From assembly GCF_006345805.1 (NCBI RefSeq), contig NW_021833679.1, forward strand, positions 1 through 56,292: a stretch of DNA of 56,292 nt. The letters are read 5' to 3'. Below are positions 13,865-26,957 of the stretch, in pieces. Position numbers and translations under genes: made by a program. The stretch's first letter is position 1, and every line of letters starts with the position of its first letter. This DNA is from Octopus sinensis. Taxonomy: Eukaryota. A model generated the notes under the pieces. The model ran no database searches. It had not been told where the DNA came from and was given only the letters and a program-made list of their open reading frames with translations.

Positions 13865-16791
13865 AAGCCATTATCATCGAAGATTAAAATGACTTACTGT
13901 TCAATAAAATACTCTGTACATATTATTACTGTTCAATAAAATACTCTGTACATATTATTACTGTTCAATAAAATACTCTGTACATATTATTTCGATATGC
14001 ATTTATGTGTATGTGCTTCTATGATCATTACTTTATCTGTCTATTCATTATTTGCAGCTCCTTGTAAACCTGGTGAATACCTTGATATACAAACTGTCAC
14101 TTGTACGAAATGCAAAGCAGGAACATACCAAGATAGGACAAACCAAATGAGCTGTGTGCCATGCCCCGGGGGGACCTGGACGAAAGAGAATGGTGCCACC
14201 AGTGAAACTGATTGTAAATGTAAGTACAAGGATCCACTTTGGTTTGTTTGGTCAGGACAAATATATATTTACCAGACCCCTCTGGCACCTGTGCAGGTGG
14301 CACGTAAAAAACACCCACTACACTCGCGGAGTGGTTGGCGTTAGGAAGGGCATCCAGCTGTAGAAACACTGCCAGACTAGACTGGAGCCTGGGGCAGTCC
14401 CGAGCTCCCCAGACCCCGGTCGAAACCGTCCAACCCGTGCTAGCGCGGAAAACGGACGTTAAATGATGATGATGATGATGATGATGATGATACACACACA
14501 CATGCACACATACATAGACACATACACATACACACAAGCACATGCACACACACATACACACATACACACATACACACATACACACACACAAATATACTTG
14601 CACATATATATATTCTGATTGCTTACTCATTGTATTGATCATGAGAGTGCTTGTATGAAGTCAACTGACTCGCTAGAAATAACAGCCAAACCCTCTTCAC
14701 ATCACTGCCTAATGCCTTCGAAAAGAATTACGTGTTAGATAATGAAGTCTTGGATGCAAAGAAGTTTTACAATGAACTAATATTGAACTCTAAAAAGCTG
14801 ATAATAATTGCAGCTAATTATACTAAAGTACTAAAGTAGTGAACCACAAAGCAGGATAGGCACCCACTGTGGTCACTAGTTCTGCTAAAAATAGCAATCA
14901 AGTTTTCTCCTCAATCACACTAATTTTTTTTTATTTCTAGTATATTGTAAACCCGGCTTTTACATGTCAAGTGACTCAAAATGTTTACCGTGTCCCCGAG
15001 GGTTCTTCAAAGAACAATCAGGCAACACAGCATGTACCAAATGTCCCCAGGAAGATAGAACAACAGCTAGAGAAGGAACTGTTTATTCCACAGATTGTTC
15101 TATTGGTAAGTACTTGATAGTTTGCCACTATATCAAAATTTGTTGACCATGTATCTCTATCATAAATAAAGGACTTTGAGAAAATACCCAGAGACACATT
15201 CTGCAAGAAAAACAAGTAGTTAAGGGTCCAAGAAATATTTTTTAATAATGGAAAGTATTCCTTCTATGTATGCATGCATGTATGTGTGGGTAAAGGCTTG
15301 GTTTTGCAGTTAAGTTCATTTTGCTACGATATGGTCTCAGGTTCAGTCCCACTTCATAGCAACCTGGGCAAATCCCTTCTACTATAATCTTAAGCTTACC
15401 AATTCTCTTAGAGTGAATTTGGTTGATGCCAGTGTTGCATAACTGGCACCTGTGCTGGTGGCACATAAAAAAGCACCCAGTGAACGTTGGGCCTCACAGA
15501 GGCAGTGGACAAGTGACCGAGACCTTTGACAACATACCGTGTGGAGAAGACCTGTGAAGCCAAATGAGATCATAATTGTGGCTGATGCCAATGTTACCTA
15601 ACTGGCACCTATGCTGGTGGCATGCAAAAAGCACCCACTACACTCTTGGAGTGGTTTGCATTATGAAGGGCATCCAACTGTAAAAACACCATGCCAAATC
15701 AGACAGGAACCTTGTGCAGCTCTCCGGTTTGCCAGTTTTTAGTCAAACCGTCCAACCCATGCCAGCATGGAAAGCAGATGTTAAATGATGATGATGAAAT
15801 TGTATGGGAGCTCATTGGAGTAGTAACAAAATAAAGGTTCGGTTTCAAATGACGAATAACTCTAGACTTTATTTCTTGAATTAATTTTTCATCTACTCTG
15901 TAAACACAAACGTTTACTTAACTAAATCTTTTTTCTCTCTCTTTTTCTCTTCCCACTACAGTATTATGTAAGCCAGGACACTACTTGAACACCAATGAGC
16001 AGAAGTGCTACCCATGTCCTGTGGGCTCCTACAAGACCACAACTAACCGTGACATTACTTGTGAGAGATGCCCTAAGGATAGGTCGACAGAAAATACTGG
16101 ATCTCAGTCAGTTGCAGATTGTTCCGTAGGTAAGGACTAAAAAGAAAAACAAATACAACCTTCTTTAACACGGGGTCAAGGCAATTGACTTTACCCCCCC
16201 CCCCTAATTGCTGGCCATGTGCCAAAATTTGAAATCAATTCTTTTACTTGGTTCAGTCATATGACTGTGGCTATGCTCGAGCACCGCCTTTAGTCGAACA
16301 AATCGACCCCAGGACTTATTATTTGTAAGCCTAGTACTTATTCTATCGGTCCCTTCTTGCTGAGCTGCTAAGTTACGGAGACGTAAATATAGATAACGCA
16401 TGATTAATTCAAAACATCGTGAATAAATAAGCATTATATTTGACATAGTAATCTGAATGTTAACGAGTTAATTATTAATTTCATTTATTTGTAACAGTGA
16501 TGTGTAAAGCAGGGACCTACATCACACCATCTGGTTGCAAAGAATGTGCCAAATCCTATTATCAACCAAAACCAAAAATGACTGAATGCATTCCTTGCGG
16601 TGTGGACAAAACAACTTATGAAACGGGAGCCACTTCGAAGTTGCAATGTTTACGTAAGTTTTTAAATTTATGTATTCCGAGACAATGTTGCTAAGATTAT
16701 GTTTGTTTTGTTGTAAGAACGAAGATTATCATTATCATGTACACATTCACAAACACAAATGTGTGTATGTGTACATGATAATGTGTGCGTG

Positions 16792-16827
<36 letters not shown>

Positions 16828-17906
16828 ATAAATTCTTGAGCATAGTTCGCCCTTGAGTATAATACGCAGGGGATTTTTAGGGGGCGGTACCTCTGAAAAG
16901 CCTAAACCTTGTGTATAATACGCACCCGTTCTCTAACTTGAGCCAAGGGGGTCTATATAATGTCCTTGGTTTGTAAAAATGTATACGGTAACGTCCTTTA
17001 TTATTATTGTATATATAACATAATGCAAACGTGTAGCTTTTTTGTGCATTTTGTTTGCAGAAAATAAAGAAATAACAGTAATAACGATTAATAAATGTTG
17101 TTTACTGCAAGTTATGGATGATTCTTTTATGACTTCATTGCTTTCAGGCTTAGCTTAAGTATTTTCGCCCCCGACATCACAAAATGAGTCTGAATAAAAA
17201 TTGCTGGACAGCAAATAGAGACTCGGACATTGCTTAGAAAATATTTTTCATTTTTAACCTCGTGTATAATACGCACTAGGGATTTTGGGAAAAAAAATGC
17301 AGATTATACTCGAGGATTTACAGTATATATATATAGACACACACACACATATGCATATAAGAGAAATATATGATAAAATTTATTTAACTGTTGGAAATTC
17401 TTATTTAACAATTCTGCCAGCTTGCCATCTTTCATTGTAGCTTATAATAAAAGCTATCTTATGTTTTCATTACAGATGTCTGTCCTCAAGGAGAAGCTTT
17501 GAACTATAACACATCCCTGTGTACCAAGTGTTTAAGTGGATATTATGGGGACCGTCAAACTTCTCAGTACTGTGTCAAATGCCCAACAGGGAAGACAACC
17601 ATCGGAACTGGTGAAGAGTCTCCCAGCAAATGTATTGAAATACCTGACAGTAAGTAGCAGATATTCTGTTGTTGGTCGATATTTCAGTAGAGTTTGTTGC
17701 TTTATTTTATTTTCTTCTCTCTTTATCTCATACTCTTTCCCTTTTGCTCTTTCTCTCTCTCTCTCTCTATCTCTTTCACACTTTCACTTTCTCCATATAT
17801 CAATTTACAATCACACATATTTACATTCGCGTTTATGACACTACCAGTGAAGCTTTATGCCATTTAAGGGCGTTTCGTTTCTGATTTGCATACACACACA
17901 CACACA

Positions 17907-17974
<68 letters not shown>

Positions 17975-20900
17975 CACACATAGATACATATGACAGGCTT
18001 CTTTCAGTTTCCGTCTACCAAATCCACTCACCAGGCTTTGGTCAGCCCGAGGCTATAGTAGAAGGCACTTGCCCAAGGTACCACGCAGCGGGACTGAACC
18101 CAGAACCGTGTGGTTGGGAAGCAAACTTAAGGCAGCCAACTGACAAACTGGAATGCTTACTTTGTGTTCTGAGACCAAATTTCACAAAGGGAACAGTTGA
18201 GGGTTAGTAACAGGAAAGGCATCCAACCTGCCCCATGCAACCTTAGATGAGTGGACACTAAAATTGATACATGATTAATCCAAAATAATGTGAATAAATA
18301 AGTATAATCTTTGACCGAATAATCTGAATGCTGATGAGTTAATCCACCTTCTTTAATCTCTGTTTCTTTCTCTTTCTTTCTCTTAATTTTCAAAACAAGC
18401 TATGGCACAGGGTGAAAGTTCGTCTGTGACACTTTACATAAAATTCAGGTTTCATCTTCCACATTGCGACACTCAACGAAGCCAGCAGCTGTACGAACAC
18501 CTCATTACCGATCTTGTCCGAGACAACTTGATCACCTTAGGCAAAACATGGCAGGGACTGTGTTCAAATAAATGCAAATCCCTACAGACTCGAGTGAAAT
18601 GCATCGGTACAAATACGAACCAAGCTAATGCGCAGGACCTTAAAGAACCAGTAGACGTCATTGTTGTAATTACTGATGTGAAGTAAGGACCATTTTTAAT
18701 GCCTTTTATCGTTTATTTTTTACTTGTTTCAATCATTAGACTGTGGCCATGCTGGAGCACTGCCTGAAGAATTTAAGTAGAATGAAGCGACCCCAGTACT
18801 CATTTTTTTTTTCAGACCTGGTACTTATTGTATTAGGCTCATTAGCTGAACTGCTAAGTTACTGGGGTGTAAACAAACCAATACTGGTTGTCAAGCAGTG
18901 GTTGGGGACAAGCGAGCACTCTGCTGGTTATGATGACGAGGGTCCCAGCTGATATGATCAACGGAACAGCTTTCTCGTGAAATTAACGTGTAAGGGACTG
19001 AGCAATCCACAGACACGTGTACCCCTAACGTAGTTCTCAGGGAGATTCTGCGTGAGACAGAGTGTGACAAGGCTGGCCCTTTGAAATACAGGTACTACTC
19101 CTTTTTGCCAGCTGAGTGGACTGGAGCAACGTGAAATAAAGTTGTAGAAATGAGTTGCGACATCACTGGTGCCAAGCTGTATCAGCCTTTACCTTTCCTT
19201 TGGATGACATTGGTGGCATGGCGAGGGGAGACTGGTATGCATGGGCAGCTGCTGATCTTCCATAAACAACTTTGCCCAGACTTATGCCTTGGAGGGGAGC
19301 TTTCTAGGTGCAATCCCGTGGTCATTCACGACTGAAAAGGGGTCCCATAAAAAGTGTGTATTAATATATGGCTTAACTAATTTGCTTTTATTTTCCTTCT
19401 TTAGGTACACCTTATTTAACATTAAGGATAACATTACAGTCCTTGCGGCCAGTGTAATTGGTCAACATTGCTTAAAGTTATCAAGATACACTTTGGTAAG
19501 TTTGCATTCTGTAGCGATTTTCCTAACTCGAAACTCTACGAATCTTGTATCTTTTACTTGCTTCGCTCATTGGACTACAGCCATGCTAGGGCACTGCTTT
19601 GAAAGGTTTTAGTCAACTTCAACTAAATGAACTCAAGTACTTATTTTTGTTTGAAGTCTGGTACTTATTCTATCAGTCACTTTTGCCGAATTGCTAAGTT
19701 ATGGGGACTTGAAAAATACATAAATTATCTTTACAATTTCCATACTTTTAAACTCCATATTGTAATGAGATTTTATGGACGGCCTACATATTCTTTTTCT
19801 TTTTTTGGTGGGTGGCGTTTTGCCGAATTGCTAAGTTATGGGGACTTGAAAAATACATAAATTATCTTTACAACTTCTATACTTTTAAACTCCATATTGT
19901 AATGAGATTTTATGGGCAGCCTACATATTCTTATTTTCTGGGTTTTTTTTTTTTTTTTACCGAATTGCTAAGTTATGGGGACTAGAAAAATACTTAAAAT
20001 AATCTTTACAATTTCCATACTTTTAAACTCCATATTGTAATGAGATTTTATGGACACCTTACATATTCTTATTTTTTTTTTTACTTCCTAAATCATTGAC
20101 TGTTCAATTAATTAGCTTCAAAGACTTCAATGATACTTTTTACTTAAGCCCTTATTATAAGAGGGGTTCGTTCTTGATGATAATTCTATTTTTTTGTTTT
20201 CAGATTGAACAAAATATAATACCTGTGGATGCTTGCCAAGTCAGCCTTTCGTGTTTCTGTGTTGATGGCCAGATACCAATCTATGGGAAATACATATGTG
20301 GTAGGTATTTTAGACATAATGTTTATCACATTAGAAATATCAGTATTTCTGATCTTTATATATAAAAGTGAGGTTGTGTGCTGTCTGTCTCCTACGATTT
20401 AGATTCCTAACTACTCCCATATTTTGCGGTGCAGTTTAACCAAAACCGGGTATCTTATAGTCGGGATTCATATCGAGCCCTTCTGGGTATTAGCGCGCGT
20501 CTACGATGAGTCTACGATTTAAAAAAAATTTACCATCATTTCTTTCCCATTTTAATGCATTTTTTCGCTATTATATAAGGGAAGTAACTCTCTAAAAATG
20601 TCTACGATGAGTCAACGATTTAAAAAAAATTTACCATAATTTTTTTTCCATTTTTAATGCATTTTTTTGCTATTTTTTGGCTATAACTCTAAAAATGCTT
20701 ATATAGTTATTTCCCTTACAAACCCGAGCAACGCTGGGCGATGCTGCTAGTTCTCTCTAAAGGAGACTACGGCAGCGGTACTGGATATTAATAGTTATCG
20801 CCAAACTAAAATGGCAGTCCAGAAATATAGGACGAATGCTGCCGTTGATTAGCTCCAAGAGGCCATCGCCTCTAGCTACCTATGTGACACATGAACCTGT

Positions 20901-21188
20901 GTCCATTATAACCTTCGAACGTTATAATGGACACAATTTGGAAAATTCATAAATTCGTTATTATACTCTTTTACTCCTTTTTACTTGTTTCAGTCATTTG
21001 ACTGTGGCCATGCTGGAGCTTTGCTTTTAGTCGAGCAAATTAACCCCAGGACTTGTTCTTTGTAAGCCTAGTCCTTATTCTATCGGTCTCTTTTGCCGAA
21101 CCGCTAGGTAACGGGAGCGTAAACACACCAGCATTGGTCGTCAAGCGATGTTGGGAAGACAAATACAGACACACAACATATACACACG

Positions 21189-21225
<37 letters not shown>

Positions 21226-21450
21226 TATATATACATATATACGACGGGCTTCTTTCAGTTTCCGTCTACCAAATCCACTCACAAGGCTTTGGTCGGCCCG
21301 AGGCTATAGTAGAAGACACTTGCCCAAGGTGCCATGCAGTGGGACTGAACCCGGAACCATGTGGTTGGTAAGCAGGCTACTTACCACACAGCCACTCCTA
21401 TGCCTCATCATTTTTGTCATCATTGTCGTCATTGTTGTCGTCATCGTTAC

Positions 21451-21483
<33 letters not shown>

Positions 21484-22088
21484 TTTTATTGTTCTAGTCA
21501 CCGTCTCAGCATCCCTTTTCTCATGCTAGGACAGTTTGTCAAGGACAGGTGAGGTTGAGACAGAGGTCCACACTGGGTCCTCTGTGTGCCTCAGTATTGT
21601 TTCTCCTGGCTGGATGCCCTTCTTAAGGCCAGCTGCTGCATAAAGGGTATTGCCTGCTTCTTTAGGTAACAACAGTGAGATCACCAAGCACCTGCAGGAC
21701 AAGATCCCTCAAACGAGTGGAGAATACACTGTCGGGATAATAAACTTGGATAGGGTGACAGATGTGGGATGTCTTGCTGAAGAGGTGAATCCAGGGTTGG
21801 CTCAAACATTCTACATACCCTGAGAAATAACAACAGTATTGAGCATTTTGATAAATATTTATTTAAAAAGATAATTGACTTATATACACGTGAAAAAATA
21901 TTGTTTATATAAATAGCGTATAGAAAGTGAAATACAAGGAATGGTGTAGATTTGTAATAGCACTGCACATGCAAACATGTATATGTGTGTGTATGTTTAT
22001 GTATATATATGTGTGTGTATGTGTGGGTATATATATATATAATATATATATATATACCCACACATGCACATTATGTATATATATATAT

Positions 22089-22131
<43 letters not shown>

Positions 22132-22676
22132 CTATATATATAAAGGCATGTGTATTATGCGAAGTCCACTCAGCTGGCAAAAATGAGTAATCCTGTGGCA
22201 GCCCAGTGTGCCATCCAGGTGGGGAACTTATATGCCATAAAACAAGGAAAGCAGCCCTTATGAGTTGGTATATATATATATATATATATATATATACCCA
22301 CACATGCACATGATGTATATATATAATTATATATACATATATATATATATATATAATTATATATATATATGTGCGCGTGTGTGTGTGTTTGTGGATGCAC
22401 GTGGCCTAGTGGTTAGAGAGATTCGTGGGTTCGAATCTCAGACCGGGCGATGTGTGTTTATGAGTGAAACACCTAAGCTCCTCACGGCTCCGGCAGAAGG
22501 TAATGGCAGACTTCTGCTTAGTCTTTCGCCACAACTTTCTCTCACTCTTTCCTCCTGCATCTTGCAGCTCACCTGCGACGGACTGGCGTCCCGTCCTGGT
22601 GGGGAACCTATACGCCAAGGAAACCGGGAAACCGGCCCTTATGAGCCAGACGTGGCTCGAGAAGGAACAAACAACA

Positions 22677-22731
<55 letters not shown>

Positions 22732-23780
22732 CATGTGTCTTATGCGAAGTCCACTCAGCTGGCAAAAACGAGTAATCCTGTGGCAGCCCAGTGTGCCATC
22801 CAGGTGGGGAACTTATATGCCATAAAACAAGGAAAGCAGCCCTTATGAGTTGGTATGACACAAGAAGGTAACTTTACTTTTACTTACATACCCTACATGC
22901 TTTCATGTTTATACATTCATATATTTGTAGGTGACAACTGTAAACCATGTCCACGTGGTACTTACCACAATACCAGTGTATCACAGTGTCAAATGTGCCC
23001 AAAAGATCATTACCAAGACAAAACTGGGTCCACAAAATGCAAAAGCTGTCCATCACCATTCAAGACCGACAATAAGGGAGCTCAATCCAGAGATGAATGC
23101 AGTGGTGAGTAAAGTATTAGCATTTTAAGGGCCAAACTATCAATGGAACATTTAAAAAAAATTATTTCGCTTTTATCTTTTATTTTTTGCTCGTTTCATT
23201 CATTGGTCTGTGGTCACGCTGGGGCACTGCCCCCAAAAGGGTTTTACTTGAACTAATTGACTCCAATATTTCTTTTTCTTTTTTCTTTTTTTTTTTAACT
23301 GCGGGGTACATATCCTACCAGTCACTTTTGCAGAACTGCTAAGTTATGGGGGTGTAAACAAACCAACACCATTTGTCAAGTGGGGTGGGGGAGGGACAAA
23401 CAAAAGCACAAAACACACACACCACATACACATGACATATATCTGTGTGTGTGTATATATATATATACACACACCCATATATATACACATATATATGTAT
23501 ATATGTTTATCTATATGTCTCTATATATATATATATCCTTATATATATATTGTATGTATGTATATATATACAATATATAAGTATGTCCTTTCTTTCTACT
23601 GGACTTTCCTCTGTCTCCTGTTTCTGAAGAAGAGCTTTGCTCAAAACATAAAAAATGACCTTTCTTTCCTTCTCTGAGCATCTCATTAATACTTTACATG
23701 TACTATGTCCTTGTGTTGTTGTTTTTTGGGTGTTTGCTCTTCGTTTTTTGGGGATTTACTATATATATATATATGTGTGT

Positions 23781-23845
<65 letters not shown>

Positions 23846-24581
23846 ATGTATGTATATATTTATGTTGGGCAACCACATTATCTTTGTCGGTCAGTTCAGG
23901 GACAAAGGACAAGATATTTGGCCATGGCGCAGTGGGCCTGAACCCCAAATCCACATATATATTGTGTTTGATGGCTTATAAAAGCTTTAGTGCTTTAAAA
24001 CTTATGGGAGTCCAAATTTCGCATATAGTATCCAGGATATTTTTGAGACATTTTTAAGGAAACAACGTGCATCTCACATGCCATCAAATGCAATAATACA
24101 CATCTGCATACACCCACACACATGCATACCCACCCCCCACACAGGTTCATTATTTGTATGTAGCAACCCCCACTTCTCTCTTCTTTGTGTCTTCTTGTGG
24201 ACTTATATTCATCTTTCTGCGAAAAGCTGCCAGAGAGATGAAAAAAAAAAAAAAAGGAAAGTAAATAAATCACACAGAGAAACATAGGCCGAAACACATC
24301 AGTAGACCGAAAACGAGGCTGAGTCATATGACTGTCTTTTGGTGGCGTCGAGGTAAATGGTTGATTGACTTGATGAAGAAGATGTCATTGAAAGCATCCC
24401 ATAACTGAAATTAGACAAAGCAAATTTGATTAGAGAGTATTATTTTGCTATAATAATAACAAAATGCTACAATCTGCATATATGAATATATTTATGCAAT
24501 TATACAAACATATATACTTACATATACATAACACATACATACACACGTTTATATACATACATATACGTAGATATATAATAT

Positions 24582-24632
<51 letters not shown>

Positions 24633-24793
24633 TATATAATTATATATATATATATATATATAATCTATATATATAGATATATATATAAGAGAGTAACGAT
24701 AAGTGGCTAATCTAGTGCTAGAAATAGCTCCTTATTCTGGGTAGCCACCGAAGATTTTTCCACAGCAGAAACAGCATTACCCTCATTTATGAA

Positions 24794-24845
<52 letters not shown>

Positions 24846-25164
24846 AAACAAGTCAAGATAGAAAATGCTAAAATAATTTTATAAAGAACATTTCAGTACC
24901 GGTTTCGGTCATTTGAGACCTTTTCAACTGTAACAATTAAATATAGAAGAATTAAATTTAGAAAAATTAAAAGAAAAGTTTTTTTTAAAAGAATATTTGT
25001 ATAGTGTTCAAATATAAGTGGCATTTTCCTTGTTTCTGCCTCTCTCTGTCTCTCTTGTTTACTCTTGTGGGTTCAAGGTCCATACTTTATTTGAGTTACT
25101 TCCCTTATCATTACCCAAACAGTAAGTAGAAACGGAATATTGGTATTGTATTAATATCTATCTG

Positions 25165-25244
<80 letters not shown>

Positions 25245-25261
25245 CCTATCTATCTATCTAC

Positions 25262-25331
<70 letters not shown>

Positions 25332-25717
25332 CGCCATGTTGGATCGTTAGCCCCTACACGCAATTTTTTCTCTCCTTGTTCTCTCTCCGCGTTTCTTTCT
25401 GTGTCTTTCTGTCGAAGAGCGTAGGCTCGAAACGTAAAAGACTTGTTTTATTTCTATTCCTGAGCGCCATACTAATACATTGTTTGTTTGTACTCCACCT
25501 GCCTTCGTCTTTTGTTTATTTTCGTAAACCCTCCGTTATATATCTATATATATACATATGCGCATATTCCTAACTGAATCTCAATTTACATCTCTTTACA
25601 GATAAACGCCAGATGTCATTGATTATAATAGTGTTGTCTTGCATATTTGGTTTATTGCTCCTAGTTTTGATTGTGGTTGGCATCTATTTGTCCATGAGGT
25701 AAGTTATATTGATATCA

Positions 25718-25748
<31 letters not shown>

Positions 25749-26699
25749 TGTATGTATGTATGTATGTATGACTACGTATTTATGTATGTAATGTATGTAT
25801 GTATGTATGTTGTATGTACGTATGTACGTATGTATTATGTATGTATGTATGTATGTATGATATGTATGTATGTATGTAGTATTATTATGTATGTATGTGT
25901 GTAGTATGTGGGTATGTATATGCGTATGTATGTAAGTACGTATTACGTATGTATGTATGTATGTACGTATGTACGTATGTATGTATGTATGTATGTATGT
26001 ATTTATGTATTTATGTATGTATGTATGTATGTACGTATGTACGTATGTATGTATTTATGTATGTATGTATGTATGTACGTACGTATGTATGTATGTATAT
26101 ATATATGTATGTATGTATGTATGTATATATATATGCATGTATGTATGTATGTATGTATGCATGTATGTATGTATGTATGTATGTATGTATGTATGTTTGT
26201 ATGTATGTATGTATGTACGTATGTATGTATATATGTATATATGTATGTATGTATGTCATTATTCAGTTTTATTTCAAAATTTGTCGCCAACAGAGAAAGA
26301 ACCCGTTTCTAACCTAGATCCAAGGCTCCTTCATTGGAATTTCAACAACAGGTTATTTTTGCATGTATGTATGCATGCATGCATGTATGTTTATGTGAAG
26401 ATTTGTATGCTTTGCTTTATGTATATATACTCATGCATATGGTTGCATGTCTAGACATGCTCATATATGCTTAAATGATAAACTTCTGGAAAGTTTTACA
26501 GAGCTTTACAGTTCCAGTGATAGCTTGGATCTGTAGTCTTAGAATCAGCTTTCTGCTTTCTGGTTTTGAGAAGCCTAACTTAGCAAGTTTGGTTCTTAGG
26601 CAGTATGTATGTATGTATGTATGTATGTATGTATGTATGTATGTATGTATCTAAGTATGTGTGTGTGTATGTATGCATGCATGCATGTATGTATGTATG

Positions 26700-26733
<34 letters not shown>

Positions 26734-26926
26734 TGAATGCATGTATGCATGCATGCATGCATTTATGTATGTATGCATGCATGCATGCATGTATGTATGT
26801 ATGTATGTATATATGTATGTATGTATATATTATGTATGTATGTATATATGTATGTATGTATGCATATATGTAAGTATGTATGTATGTATGTATGTATGTA
26901 TGAATGTATGTATGTATGTATGTATG

Positions 26927-26957
<31 letters not shown>

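Noticed and set aside
16397-18345. Similar ~80-bp sequences just upstream of exons 14 and 16 (16397-16480, 18270-18345) as a conserved splicing element
   Set aside because: They look like the terminal fragment of a common MITE-type repeat; two copies are not enough to infer function.
26267-26312. Possible alternative terminal exon after the TM exon (phase-2 AG at 26266 or 26293 giving ...ERTRF*)
   Set aside because: In frame, but the acceptors are weak and sit in a microsatellite island; the 28260 exon has a much better acceptor and a convincing tail. Cannot be excluded without RNA data.
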